The notes beneath the pieces are model-generated. The model was not told the DNA's origin, did no database searches, and saw only the letters and a list, made by a program, of their open reading frames with translations. DNA of 64,000 bases, taken from assembly GCA_964396265.1 (NCBI GenBank), contig CAYNEM010000013.1, positions 1,681 to 65,680 on the forward strand, read 5' to 3'. Position 1 is the first letter of the stretch, and the number at the start of each line of letters is the position of its first letter. The translations under genes and the position numbers were made by a program. Positions 49,111-58,850 of the stretch are shown piece by piece. This DNA is from an uncultured Methanomassiliicoccales archaeon. GTDB lineage: Archaea > Thermoplasmatota > Thermoplasmata > RBG-16-68-12 > EA-27.

Positions 49111-50913
49111 GTGTTCGAGGTCCGAGCCCGCTCCGGCATGGGCCGCAACGCGACCTGGTCCGTGGGGGGCTCCACCGTCCCGACCCCGAACGTCCTCTTC
49201 GCGGTTTCCCCGCGCCACCCCGCTCCCCTGATCGCGGAGATCCTTCTCACGGCGACTCCGCTCCAGGACCCCCGCCCCACGTTCCTCGACCGGGGGAGCT
49301 TGTACCGGCCCCTCGCGCACGAAGGCGGGCTCGCCATCCCCGCGGACGCAGCCAGGCCCTCCGTGCTCCCTGACCTGGAGCGCCCCCCGATGGCCCCAGG
49401 AACCACCGTCGTCGCGACCCATGCAGCCGACGTCGGCGCGCATCCGGAAGCGGAGCTCGTCGTCCTCGGGGACGCCGCCGCCTACCTCCGCCGTCCGAAA
49501 CCTTTCGTGGCGGCAATCGCCGAGCTCCGGCGGGCGATGGGGTATGCCCGCCTCCTCTACACCCCCGGGATCGCCACCCCGGGCAACCTGGCGATCCTCG
49601 CCTACAGCGGCGTGGACCTCGTCGACTCGACGCGGGTGGTGTTCGAGTCCACCCTTGGCCGCTTCCACACCCCGGACGCATCCTGGGTCTCAGATGAAGT
49701 CGACCCGGGGGCGTGCGCGTGTCCGGCGTGCGCCGCCAAGGGAGCGGGGAAGGACCTCGAGGGCCACAACACGCGGGCTCTCCTCGAGGAGGCCCGATAC
49801 GCCGCGATGGCGATCCGCACGGGGCGTCTCCGAGAACTCGCAGAGCGCCGTGCCGCGAACGACCCCTGGTCCACCACCGTGCTGCGCGAGCTCGACCTGC
49901 GCCACGCGGACTGGCAGGAATACCATGCGCCCGTCGCGGGCGGCACCCTCTTCGCGTACACCGCGCAGTCCCTCCTCCGCCCCGAGGTCGTGCGGTTCCG
50001 CCGGCGCCTCGTGGAACGGTACGCGAAGCCGCCGAGCGCCCGCGTCCTCGTCCTGCTCCCGTGCTCGGCGCGAAAGCCGTACGCCGACTCGAAGACGCAC
50101 CGCCGGTTCCGGGACGCGGTGTGGGCGGCAGGGAACCCGCACGCGGCGCACGAGGTGATCGTCACGTCGCCGTTCGGCCTCGTCCCGCGGGAGCTCGAGC
50201 GCACGTACCCGGCCGCGCACTACGACGTGCCCGTGACGGGGGACTGGAGCCGCGACGAGGTCGCCGTCCTCCAGGGGGACCTGCGGGCGTTCCTCGCAAG
50301 GAATCACTACGATGCCGTGATCGCGCACGTCGTCACGGAGGCGCCGTTCGTCCGCGATGTCATCCCGGACGCCACGTTCACGGGGGGCGAGAAGACGACG
50401 CAGGATGCATCCCTGGCGGCGTTGACGGGGGCGTTATTCTCTGCCCTCGGGGGCACGCCGAAGGTCTCGGTTCGCCCCCGGATCGCGGAGGACTTACACA
50501 ACCTGGCGGTGTTCCAATTCGGCGCGGAGGGTGCGGCGCTCGTGGCGGGCGCCTCGTTCCGGGGCCGCTACCCGGACGTCCGCATCATCAAAGGCGAGAC
50601 CCAGGTGGGCTCCGTGACGGAGCTCGGGAAAATCTCGCTCACGATGGACGGTGGGCGAATCCTCTCGGACGCCAACGCGCATTGGGTCGAGATCGAGGAT
50701 TTCCGCCCGGAGGGCAGCGTGTTCGCGGTCGGCGTCACGGGGGCGGACGACCGGATCCGCGTGGGCGACGAGGTCGTCGTGCGTCATCAGGGGGACGTGC
50801 GCGCGGTCGGGGTGGCGGCGATGAACCCGCGCGAGATGGTGGACCTGAAGCGTGGCGAGGCCGTGAAGGTCCGGCACAAGACGAAGAAGCTCGAGGCGGG
50901 CGCACAAGTCTAA
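49111..50913 (+). CDS. arcS: Archaeosine synthase (TGT-like domain, DUF5591-type domain, PUA)
   Basis: 'FEVRARSGMGRNATW..VPTPNVLF' is a TGT-like N-terminus. Also 'CACPAC', 'VLVLLPCSARKPY' and 'VTSPFGLVPRELE'. C-terminal PUA-like 'VFAVGV..IRVGDEVVV..AVGVAAM'. The GTG 49111 start was chosen by homology pattern (the track ORF starts at 48958). Confidence 0.8.
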   Translation: MFEVRARSGMGRNATWSVGGSTVPTPNVLFAVSPRHPAPLIAEILLTATPLQDPRPTFLDRGSLYRPLAHEGGLAIPADAARPSVLPDLERPPMAPGTTVVATHAADVGAHPEAELVVLGDAAAYLRRPKPFVAAIAELRRAMGYARLLYTPGIATPGNLAILAYSGVDLVDSTRVVFESTLGRFHTPDASWVSDEVDPGACACPACAAKGAGKDLEGHNTRALLEEARYAAMAIRTGRLRELAERRAANDPWSTTVLRELDLRHADWQEYHAPVAGGTLFAYTAQSLLRPEVVRFRRRLVERYAKPPSARVLVLLPCSARKPYADSKTHRRFRDAVWAAGNPHAAHEVIVTSPFGLVPRELERTYPAAHYDVPVTGDWSRDEVAVLQGDLRAFLARNHYDAVIAHVVTEAPFVRDVIPDATFTGGEKTTQDASLAALTGALFSALGGTPKVSVRPRIAEDLHNLAVFQFGAEGAALVAGASFRGRYPDVRIIKGETQVGSVTELGKISLTMDGGRILSDANAHWVEIEDFRPEGSVFAVGVTGADDRIRVGDEVVVRHQGDVRAVGVAAMNPREMVDLKRGEAVKVRHKTKKLEAGAQV

Positions 50914-51183
50914 ATCGCGGATCCGTTCGAACACTTTCAGGCGACCCGGGCGTCCTGACCCGGGCCGGACCGAGTACTTTCGCAGACCTCTCCCCGACCT
51001 AGGGCTATCCGTGCCGGGCGTCTACAGGGATTCCGAGGACAAACATGATCGCAATCGCGATGGAACCGGAACCGTGCGGCTGGGACGAGGTCTACGCCGC
51101 GTACGGATGCCCCGTCGGGCTCGAAGCGGAGCTCGACGAGGGCGACTAACGATCAATTGCTGGCTCCGAAGACTTCCCATCCC

Positions 51184-52682
51184 GATAGGCGCGAGGCCTC
51201 CGACTCCCGCCTATCACCCCTTTTTCTGTGTTCCGGAAGTACAAGATTCCCGGGACCTTCTCCTACAAGGAGTCTGATCGGATCTCCTCCTTCGACCGAA
51301 ACTTTCGGCCCCCTCTCGACTGTGTTCAAAGGCACCTCCGACCGTGGGGTCCGCATGCCCGGTCGCCTCGTCCGGAGCCTTGTGTTCCCGGTGGGCGAGA
51401 CTCCACCACCCCTCCGTGCTCTCCTCGCAGAGTTCCGACGACTCGTGAACCGGTCCATCCGCATCGCGCTCCACGAGGACGCACGCTCGCGCTCGCGGCT
51501 GACGAAGGTCGCGTACCGCATGCTCTCCGCGGAGCACGACGTGTACAAGCAGTACATCCCGTCCGCGTTCGAGATTGCCCTCGCGGTCTTGAAGGCGCAC
51601 CGTCGGCGCGTGCGCAAGGGTAGGCCGACGAGCGTCCCGTACCTCCGAACGCCCATCCTGAAGGCGGAGAACCAGTCCTATCGCCTGGACAGGGAGACGG
51701 GACGGCTCCGGATCCCGATCCGTCGCACGGAGGGCGTGCAGCTCACGCTGCCCCTGTCCGACTGGCACCGCACGTTCCTCACAGACGCGTCGTGGGGCCT
51801 CGGCTCTCTCACGGTGACGAGGGACCGCATCACTATCGTCGTGCGGAAGGGAGCGCCGAGGCCGTACGAGCCCGCGGCGGCGATTGCGCTGGACACGAAC
51901 GAGTCCTCCCTTGACGGCGTCGCGGCCGAGGGCATTGAGGCCCGCCTCGTGACGGTCCCCTTCCCCGAAGTCCGCGTCGTGCAGGCGACGCACGTCCGCC
52001 GTCGGAAGCGGCTCGCGAGAAGGAAGACGAACGACCGACGGGTGATGCGCCGACTCCTCCGCCGCGAGGGACGGCGCGAGCGGAATCGAATCCGCCAGCG
52101 CCTCCACATTGTGAGCAAGTCGCTCGTCGCCTCCGCGAGGGAACAGCGGGCCGTGATCGTCCTCGAGGATCTCCGGATGCCACAAGGCGGAGGGCGAGGC
52201 CGAAAGATGCGCCGACGTCTCTCCTCGTGGCCCCAGGGCGAACTCCACCGCCAGATCGAGTACAAAGCCCTCGCTGCGGGCGTCCCCCTCATCAAAGTCC
52301 ATCCGGCATGGACCTCTAAGACCTGCCCAGCGTGTGGCGCCCGGCGCCGAGACAGGGTGGGCCAGGACTTCGTGTGCCTCGTGTGCGACTGGGAACTCGA
52401 CCGGCAGCACAACGCGGGCCTGAACATCCTGAAATTCGCCTTGGCCTCGGACGAGGCTTTGGCAAGGGCCGTACGGTTCCGGCCCGGTGCCCTCCGCCGT
52501 GACGTGGTGATTCCCCTCTACGACCTTCCCGCGAGGGAAGGCGCACGGGAGGAGCCGAGCGGAGTGGAGTTGCGTCTGGGCGGGCACGTTGCCACCAGTC
52601 GCCGACAGAACCGAAGGCCTGTATCCATGACGTGAACGCACGCGGTAGCCTTATCATCGGGCTTGGAAATGCTGCGCGCAGA
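51184..52682 (+). mobile_element. Solo-TnpB IS200/IS605-family element (no TnpA); boundaries approximate
   Basis: Hairpin GATAGGCG-N16-CGCCTATC at 51184-51215 lies upstream of tnpB (candidate left-end structure). The element abuts tRNA-Gly. No Y1 transposase ORF is present. Confidence 0.45.
51355..52635 (+). CDS. tnpB: TnpB (OrfB_IS605) RNA-guided endonuclease-family protein
   Basis: RuvC-I 'AIALDTNESS', RuvC-II 'VIVLEDL', zinc ribbon 'CPACGARRRDRVGQDFVCLVCDWELD' and RuvC-III 'DRQHNAGLNIL'. ATG at 51355 inside the track ORF. Confidence 0.9.
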   Translation: MPGRLVRSLVFPVGETPPPLRALLAEFRRLVNRSIRIALHEDARSRSRLTKVAYRMLSAEHDVYKQYIPSAFEIALAVLKAHRRRVRKGRPTSVPYLRTPILKAENQSYRLDRETGRLRIPIRRTEGVQLTLPLSDWHRTFLTDASWGLGSLTVTRDRITIVVRKGAPRPYEPAAAIALDTNESSLDGVAAEGIEARLVTVPFPEVRVVQATHVRRRKRLARRKTNDRRVMRRLLRREGRRERNRIRQRLHIVSKSLVASAREQRAVIVLEDLRMPQGGGRGRKMRRRLSSWPQGELHRQIEYKALAAGVPLIKVHPAWTSKTCPACGARRRDRVGQDFVCLVCDWELDRQHNAGLNILKFALASDEALARAVRFRPGALRRDVVIPLYDLPAREGAREEPSGVELRLGGHVATSRRQNRRPVSMT

Positions 52683-52754
52683 GCGGCGGTAGTCTAGTGG
52701 TTAGGACCGGGGCCTTCCAAGCCCCAGGCGCGGGTTCGACTCCCGCCCGCCGCA
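52683..52754 (+). tRNA. tRNA-Gly (anticodon UCC)
   Basis: Acceptor GCGGCGG/CCGCCGC plus A. Anticodon arm GGGGC-CTTCCAA-GCCCC. T arm GCGGG-TTCGACT-CCCGC. No intron and no encoded CCA. Confidence 0.9.
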
Positions 52755-53057
52755 CTTCCTACTCGGCGCGCGGAACAGATCCCACGGGTCCGGGGGTCTT
52801 GCTCCAAGGCACCCTAGGGCAAGCGATCGGCACCCTCGAAGGCCTCCGACTCCCCGGGACTTCCTGCGGGCTAGCCTCGAGCCACTGACGGGGCCGACGT
52901 CGTATCCCCCAAGCCACCGGCGCAGGCGAGGCATCGGGTCCGCGATGCCTCCTCCGTCGTCCTCCACCTACAATAGGCGGGACTCGCCCGATCCTCTGGC
53001 TCTGACTCCGCAACGCGGAGTAACGTCTTTCCCTCAGACACCCATGCAATCCCTTCG

Positions 53058-54290
53058 ATGACGGTCCATGCGTCGGGTTGGCGATGGAAACTGGGCCTTT
53101 GGGTCGCGGGCACCCTCATGCTGGCCGCTTCTCTAGCCTTGTTCGCTCGACTGCCTCCGTTTGGAGGCCTGATCGTCCTCGTCCCATTCGCGTTCGCCTT
53201 TCTCCCATGGTTCCAGGCAGGTCTGCTGCGGGCAGCCCCGGAGAGCGTCCTCGCGTACCTCGCCCACGACTTCCGGATGTCCTCCCACCTTGTTGCGGAG
53301 GTCTCCGGGGAGATCACGGTCCGCCTCAGCCGGTGGGCATCGGTCAAGATCCGAGCCCGGCCCGAAGGAGAGGGGTGCACGCTTTCCTACCAAGTGTACG
53401 CCACGCCGAGCGGCTGGGGAGCCCTGGTCCTCTGTTTCCTCATCATCTGGCCCACGCCGCTCGCGATCATCCCGATCCTCGTCATCTTCCATCGGGTCGT
53501 CGCGGCGATAGAGCAACGGGTCGCCCCGATCGTGCGCGAGGGCCGCCTCCCGGAAGCTTTCCAGCGCGACGACATCCGCGTCCTGCTCCTCTCCAGTCTC
53601 GGGGAAAGTCATCGTCTCGCCCTCGAGAGCCACGAGGCGGAGCGGGACAGCTACCACGACACGCTCGGCCTCGTCGCCCTGGGTGCGTTGTTGGGCTGGT
53701 TCCTCGTCTTCATCGGCCTTGGATTCCTTCTCCCGGATCCGGACTGGGGTCGTCGCACGGTGAACGCGTTCTTGATTTCACTGGGCGGAGCGCTCGCCTT
53801 TGGAATCCTTTCGGGCCTCCTCGTGCGGCGGCGCTTCAAGCCAACCATCCTCCGACATCGGGAATGGGTTTCTCGTCTCGAGGTGGCCTTCCGGGGGGAG
53901 ACCCCGCGCAAACCCACCGGGACGGGGCTGCCGAGCACGTTCGACGTGCTCTGGCAGGCGTCGCAGGAGGTCCCGCGCTGGATCGCCACACAGCGCCGCG
54001 CCGGGCTGAACCGGGACCCCGCGGTCTGGGGAATCCTGTTCATCGCCGTGTGGTGGGGCGTCCAGCTGATGGCCTTCGGCGTTCCGCTCCTCCTGATTCC
54101 GGGGCTTGTGAACCCGGGCCTTGGAGTCGCGCTTGTGGCGGTGGGGGTGGGCCTGCTCTTCGGAGCGGATCGATTCTACCGGCGGTGGCGGCGGAAGCGG
54201 GACGACGAACTCGCGCGACAGCAGGACGGCTGGAACCGCCGATATGCCTCGCTGCGGGACCGAATGGAGCAGTTCCTCCAGGACCTATGA
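53058..54290 (+). CDS. Polytopic membrane protein (hypothetical)
   Basis: 410 aa with at least 8 hydrophobic segments and a charged C-terminal helix 'RRWRRKRDDELARQQDGWNRRYASLRDRMEQF'. No catalytic motif recognised. Confidence 0.6.
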   Translation: MTVHASGWRWKLGLWVAGTLMLAASLALFARLPPFGGLIVLVPFAFAFLPWFQAGLLRAAPESVLAYLAHDFRMSSHLVAEVSGEITVRLSRWASVKIRARPEGEGCTLSYQVYATPSGWGALVLCFLIIWPTPLAIIPILVIFHRVVAAIEQRVAPIVREGRLPEAFQRDDIRVLLLSSLGESHRLALESHEAERDSYHDTLGLVALGALLGWFLVFIGLGFLLPDPDWGRRTVNAFLISLGGALAFGILSGLLVRRRFKPTILRHREWVSRLEVAFRGETPRKPTGTGLPSTFDVLWQASQEVPRWIATQRRAGLNRDPAVWGILFIAVWWGVQLMAFGVPLLLIPGLVNPGLGVALVAVGVGLLFGADRFYRRWRRKRDDELARQQDGWNRRYASLRDRMEQFLQDL

Positions 54291-54294
54291 GGGC

Positions 54295-54588
54295 ATGGCG
54301 GCCACGTCGGGGCGACCGGATCTGTTCGTCGTCGTGCGGCTCCTGGAGAGCCTCTGGCGCGAGGGCGAGCCGATGGTGAAGACGCGTCTGCAGGTCGCGG
54401 CCAACGTGAATTACGACGTGTTCAGCAAGTACCTGACGTGGTGCCTCGCCCGCGGCCTCGTCTCCGTCGAGAACTCCCCGGACGCGCACGAGCGGATCCT
54501 CATCACGGAGAAGGGGAAGAACGCGTACCGCCGGCTCGTCGAGTGGCTGAACGAGTTCGTCCATGGTCGCAGGCCGGACCTCCCGTGA
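54295..54588 (+). CDS. Small winged-helix protein
   Basis: ATG at 54295. 'FVVVRLLESLWREGEPMVKTRLQVAANVNYDVFSKYLTWCLARGLVSVE...ILITEKGKNAYRRLVEWL' is a typical archaeal wHTH of about 95 aa. Confidence 0.65.
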   Translation: MAATSGRPDLFVVVRLLESLWREGEPMVKTRLQVAANVNYDVFSKYLTWCLARGLVSVENSPDAHERILITEKGKNAYRRLVEWLNEFVHGRRPDLP

Positions 54589-54622
54589 GGAGAGACCGTC
54601 AGACACGTGTCCGACCGAAGGG

Positions 54623-54629
54623 TATAAAT
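54623..54629 (+). promoter_or_regulatory. TATA box candidate for the giant TPR gene
   Basis: TATAAAT lies 45 nt upstream of ATG 54674. Confidence 0.45.
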
Positions 54630-54673
54630 CCCCTGATTCGGGTACGTCGCCCGCCCAGGGATGGGACCCAGGG

Positions 54674-57600
54674 ATGGGACCGCTGCGCACGTGGCTTAAT
54701 CGGGAGTCTCGAATCCTCGCTCGAGCCCGCAGGCTTCAGTCCCACGCGCGGACCTTGTACGAACACGGATCCGAGGCGAGGGCCGCCGCCATGTTCCTCA
54801 AAGGACTCGCCCTCCTCGAACAGAACCGCGCTGCCGGCGGACGCCTCCCTTCGGAGTACGCCGTCACGTTTGCCGCGATAGGACGCGGGCTGTACGATCT
54901 GGGCCGTGCGGTCGAGGCGGACCGTGCGGCGACCGCCGCCCTCGCCCTCGACCCCGGGAACGTCGAAGCGCTTGATTGCCGTGGCCTCCTCCTTGCGAGT
55001 CGCGGGAACACCGAGGAGGCCCGTGCCTCGTTCACGCGCGCATTGGCGGTGGACCCGACGCGGACGGAGGCGTGGGGGAACCTCGGCGACCTGGAGTACG
55101 CGGTCGGCGAGCGGGATGCGGCGACCGTCGCTTGGTCCAACGTGCTCCGGCTCGACCGGCTCGACGTGGACACCTACGACAAGCTCCTACGCCTCCGCCC
55201 GGGAGACGCCGATCTGTGGTTCCAGAAGGCCGAGGTCACGCGTGAGCTCGAGCGTCGCGAGGAGTCGCTGGCGGCGTACGAGCATGTGCTGCACGTGGAC
55301 CCTCGAAGCAAGGAGGCGTGGCGGGGGCGCGCGCAGGTGCTCCTGAAGGCCCGCCAGCCCGACCGTGCGCTGCAGTCCATCGAGAAGGCGCTGGAGATCG
55401 ACGATGAGGACCCCTCCCTCTGGAAGACGCGCGGCGCGATCCTCCGGGACCTCGGCAAGCTCGAGGACGCGGTCGCGAGCTACGATTCCGCGATCCAGCT
55501 GCGCGGCGACGACGCCGACGCCTGGCTTCAGAAAGCTCTCTGTCTGGGAGCGCTGAACCGCAACGACGAGGCCGTCAAGGACTTCGACGCCGTCCTGAAG
55601 CTCGCGCTCAAGGACCCGGCGGCACTCGAGGGACGCAAGAAGTCCCTGCTCACGCTTCAACGGTGGGACGCCGCGCTCGACGCGTGCGACGCGCTCCTCG
55701 CGGCGGCCGCGGACCACGTGGAGACGCTCCTCGACCGAGGCACCGTGCTCGTGCGACTCGACCGGAAGGCCGAGGCCGTCGAGGCGCTCGACGCGTTCCT
55801 CGCACGGATGCCCGGAGACCTTGCCGCCCTGCGCTCGAAGGCCGACCTGGTGAAGACCCTCGGGCGATGGTCGGAACTGAACGCGGTCAGCGAACTGATC
55901 CTCCGGCAGGACAAAAGGGACGCCCGCGCGCACAAGGACAAGGGGCTCGCGCTGCGCATGAACGGGGACCCCGGGCACGGGCTGCGCGCCTACGAGGCCG
56001 CGTTGGCGGTGGACGTTGACGACCTCGAGGCTCTCCGGGGCAAGCGCGACTGCCTGAAGGCGTTGGACGATACGAAACACGTCGTCCGCGTCACCCGCGA
56101 GATCCTCCACCTCGACGCTTCGGACGTCATCTCCTGGCTAGATCACGCGGTCGCGGTCGAATCCCTCGGGGACCTGACGGAGGCGCTGGCGGCATACGAC
56201 CACGCGCTCGCCCTCTCGCCCGGGGACGGGGTCGCCTGGCACCGGCGGGGCGATGTGCAGGCCCGGCTCGGCCACTGGGAGGACGCGGTGTGGTCCTACC
56301 GCCAGGGTCTCAAGGTCCGTCCCGACGTCGCGGACGCATGGCACGGCCTCGGGACCGCACTCGGGCAGATCGGGTCGTACACGGACGCCGTCGCCGCCTT
56401 CGAGTCATGCCTCGGCCTCGCGCCGGACGACAAGCGCGCGTGGTTCGGGAAAGGGCTGGCGCTCGAGGGGGCGAAGAGGTACGAGGAGGCGGTCAGCGCG
56501 TACGACAAGGCGATCGCGCTCGACGCGCGGGACGCCCGCGTCTGGTTCTCGCGCGGGGCCGCGCTCGCGTGGCTCGAGCGGTATGAGGAGGCCGTCGACG
56601 CGTTCGACCGCGCGCATCTCCTCGATCCCACGAACGGCGCGTACGCGGTCCGCAAGGCGCGCACGATGCTCAAGGTGGGCCGCCAAGAGGAGGCCCTCCT
56701 CACGTTCAACACCACCCTCGAGGCACATCCCGGGGACCTCGAGGCGCTCGACGGGGCACGGGAGGCGCTCGAGCTCCTGCACCGGCCCGAAGAGGCGTAC
56801 GCCGTCACCGGCCAGATCGTGCAGGTCCATCCCCGCGACCCACGCGCGTGGCAGGAGAGGGCGCGGCTCGGTCTCGCCACCGGCAGGAGCCGTGAGGCCC
56901 TGGCGGCGATCGGCAAGGCGCTGCACCTCGATGGCGCGAACGTGGAATTCCTGCGCGCGAAGCGCGAGATCCTGACGGCGCTCAAGGACCACGACGGGGT
57001 CGTCGAGGTCTGCGAGGCCCTACTCGCCGCCAACCCCAAGGACACGGAGGCCCACCGCGAGAAGGCCTTCGCCCTCGAGGGAGCGGGCCGGTTCGACGAC
57101 GCGCTCCTGGCGTACGACGCGGCGCTCGCGGTCGATCCGATGGACCGCGCGTCGTGGGACGCGAAGGGGCTCGCGTACGTCCGCGCGCACCGCGCGCCGG
57201 AGGCGCTCGATTGCTTCGACCATGCACTGACGATCAACCCCGGGGACCGCACGGCGCTCTCGTCGAAGGGTCGCGTCCTGTTCGAGGCGGGCCGCCATGC
57301 CGCCGCGCTCCGGGTGTTCGACGACGGCCTCCTCCTCGAACGCGGGAACGCGGAGTTCCTCGACGGGAAGGCCCTGTGCCTCCTCGCCCTCGAGAAGCCG
57401 CGCGAGGCGCTGCAGTGCGCGGAGGTCGCGCTCGAGACGAACCCCCGGGACCCGGTCGCGCTCCGCGTGAAGGCCGACGTGAGCCTCCGGGAGGGGCGCG
57501 CGGAGGAGGCGCTCGCGATCGTGGATCACGCGTTGGCGGTGGAGTCGAATCCCGCCGCACTCTGGAGGCTCAAGGGCCTCGCGCTCCAGGCGATGGGGAA

Positions 57601-58846
57601 AGATGCGGAATCCGTCGAAGCGCTCACGCGCGCCGTCTCCCTCGAGCCGAGCGATGGCAAGACCTGGCGCGCGAAGGGACTCGCGCACGTGAAGCTCCAT
57701 CAGTTCGCCGAGGCCGCGGACGCGTACGAGCGGGCCCTCCAGCGGGCGCCGAACGACAAGGAGTTGTGGTCGCTGAAGGCGTTCGCGCTCGAACGTGCGG
57801 GCGAGCGGGAGCCCGCGGTGGCGGCGTACGACAAGGCGATCGCGCTCGACCCCGTGGACAAGACGCTCTGGAGCTCGAAGGGGCTCGCGCTTCTCGCGCT
57901 CCGGCGGTATGAGGACGCGGTCCGCTGCTTCGACTACGCGACGAAGCTCGACCCGGTGTACGACATCGCTGCCAAGGGGCGGAAGGACGCGGAGGCCGGC
58001 CTCCATCTCCGCCAGGTCGAGGACTGCGCGCGGCGCATCGTGGAGTGGGAGCGCGCGAACGGGCGCATGGCGTCGCGAGACGAGGCGTTCCGCATGGCGG
58101 GCGTGCCGTTCTCGATCCTCGATGAGGTGATCACGTATCTGGCGGAGCCGCCGAAGGTGCTGCCCGCGGACCTGCCCGCGGAGAAGCTCCACCGGTTCGA
58201 GGCCGTCTCGTCCGTCGTCCTCAAGATGGTCGACAATCCGGTAGAGGTGGATCGGTATAGCGTGGCGATGAGTGCGCCGGGCGCCGACGCGTCCGAGGTC
58301 CGCGAGATGTGGGGGTACATCCACAACGTCGCCGAGGCGGACGTGGATCCGGAGCCGGATCCCCACCTCGACGCGCTCCTGCGCCGCGCGCTCGACCTCC
58401 CGCGCGAGGAGTGGGACCTCGTGCACCTCGCCCGCCAGCTCGACCTCGGGATCTGGGAGGCGAAGCGGCTCGAGACGTCCCTGAAGATCTTCGAGGGCGG
58501 CGCATACCGCGTGACGACGAAGCCCACGCCCGAGGTCGCGAAGTCGCACGCGGCGGTCCCGCCGCCGAGAAAGGCGGAGGAGGCCCGCGAGGTCCGCCAA
58601 TGCCGAGACCACCATGGGAAGGCCGTGTCCAAGCATGCGTGCGGTGCGTGGCTGTGCTCCGCATGCCTCGACGAGGCGCACTGTCCCTCCTGCAGCAAGC
58701 CCCTCCACGTTCCCAAGCCGAAGGAGGAGGAACCCGACAAAGAGGAGAATGAGACGAAGGAACCAGAGGAGTCCCCGCCCCTGCCGCCAAAGGAGCGCCC
58801 CCGAAGACGCGAGGACGAGGCAAACCGCGACTTCAATCGCCTCTAG
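54674..58846 (+). CDS. Giant TPR-repeat protein (about 1390 aa) with a C-terminal Cys/His cluster and K/E-rich tail
   Basis: More than 30 consecutive 34-aa repeats with the TPR signature (W..KG.AL..LGR.EEA...YD.AL.LDP.D). Then 'CRDHHGKAVSKHACGAWLCSACLDEAHCPSCSKPLH' and a 'KPKEEEPDKEENETKEPEE' tail. Confidence 0.85.
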   Translation: MGPLRTWLNRESRILARARRLQSHARTLYEHGSEARAAAMFLKGLALLEQNRAAGGRLPSEYAVTFAAIGRGLYDLGRAVEADRAATAALALDPGNVEALDCRGLLLASRGNTEEARASFTRALAVDPTRTEAWGNLGDLEYAVGERDAATVAWSNVLRLDRLDVDTYDKLLRLRPGDADLWFQKAEVTRELERREESLAAYEHVLHVDPRSKEAWRGRAQVLLKARQPDRALQSIEKALEIDDEDPSLWKTRGAILRDLGKLEDAVASYDSAIQLRGDDADAWLQKALCLGALNRNDEAVKDFDAVLKLALKDPAALEGRKKSLLTLQRWDAALDACDALLAAAADHVETLLDRGTVLVRLDRKAEAVEALDAFLARMPGDLAALRSKADLVKTLGRWSELNAVSELILRQDKRDARAHKDKGLALRMNGDPGHGLRAYEAALAVDVDDLEALRGKRDCLKALDDTKHVVRVTREILHLDASDVISWLDHAVAVESLGDLTEALAAYDHALALSPGDGVAWHRRGDVQARLGHWEDAVWSYRQGLKVRPDVADAWHGLGTALGQIGSYTDAVAAFESCLGLAPDDKRAWFGKGLALEGAKRYEEAVSAYDKAIALDARDARVWFSRGAALAWLERYEEAVDAFDRAHLLDPTNGAYAVRKARTMLKVGRQEEALLTFNTTLEAHPGDLEALDGAREALELLHRPEEAYAVTGQIVQVHPRDPRAWQERARLGLATGRSREALAAIGKALHLDGANVEFLRAKREILTALKDHDGVVEVCEALLAANPKDTEAHREKAFALEGAGRFDDALLAYDAALAVDPMDRASWDAKGLAYVRAHRAPEALDCFDHALTINPGDRTALSSKGRVLFEAGRHAAALRVFDDGLLLERGNAEFLDGKALCLLALEKPREALQCAEVALETNPRDPVALRVKADVSLREGRAEEALAIVDHALAVESNPAALWRLKGLALQAMGKDAESVEALTRAVSLEPSDGKTWRAKGLAHVKLHQFAEAADAYERALQRAPNDKELWSLKAFALERAGEREPAVAAYDKAIALDPVDKTLWSSKGLALLALRRYEDAVRCFDYATKLDPVYDIAAKGRKDAEAGLHLRQVEDCARRIVEWERANGRMASRDEAFRMAGVPFSILDEVITYLAEPPKVLPADLPAEKLHRFEAVSSVVLKMVDNPVEVDRYSVAMSAPGADASEVREMWGYIHNVAEADVDPEPDPHLDALLRRALDLPREEWDLVHLARQLDLGIWEAKRLETSLKIFEGGAYRVTTKPTPEVAKSHAAVPPPRKAEEAREVRQCRDHHGKAVSKHACGAWLCSACLDEAHCPSCSKPLHVPKPKEEEPDKEENETKEPEESPPLPPKERPRRREDEANRDFNRL

Positions 58847-58850
58847 CCGG

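Noticed and set aside
51045-51149. 34-codon acidic ORF (MIAIAMEPEPCGWDEVYAAYGCPVGLEAELDEGD) just upstream of the TnpB element. A 44-codon ORF lies at 29467..29601.
   Set aside because: Both are too short to support from sequence alone. They have no motif and no clear RBS or TATA signal.
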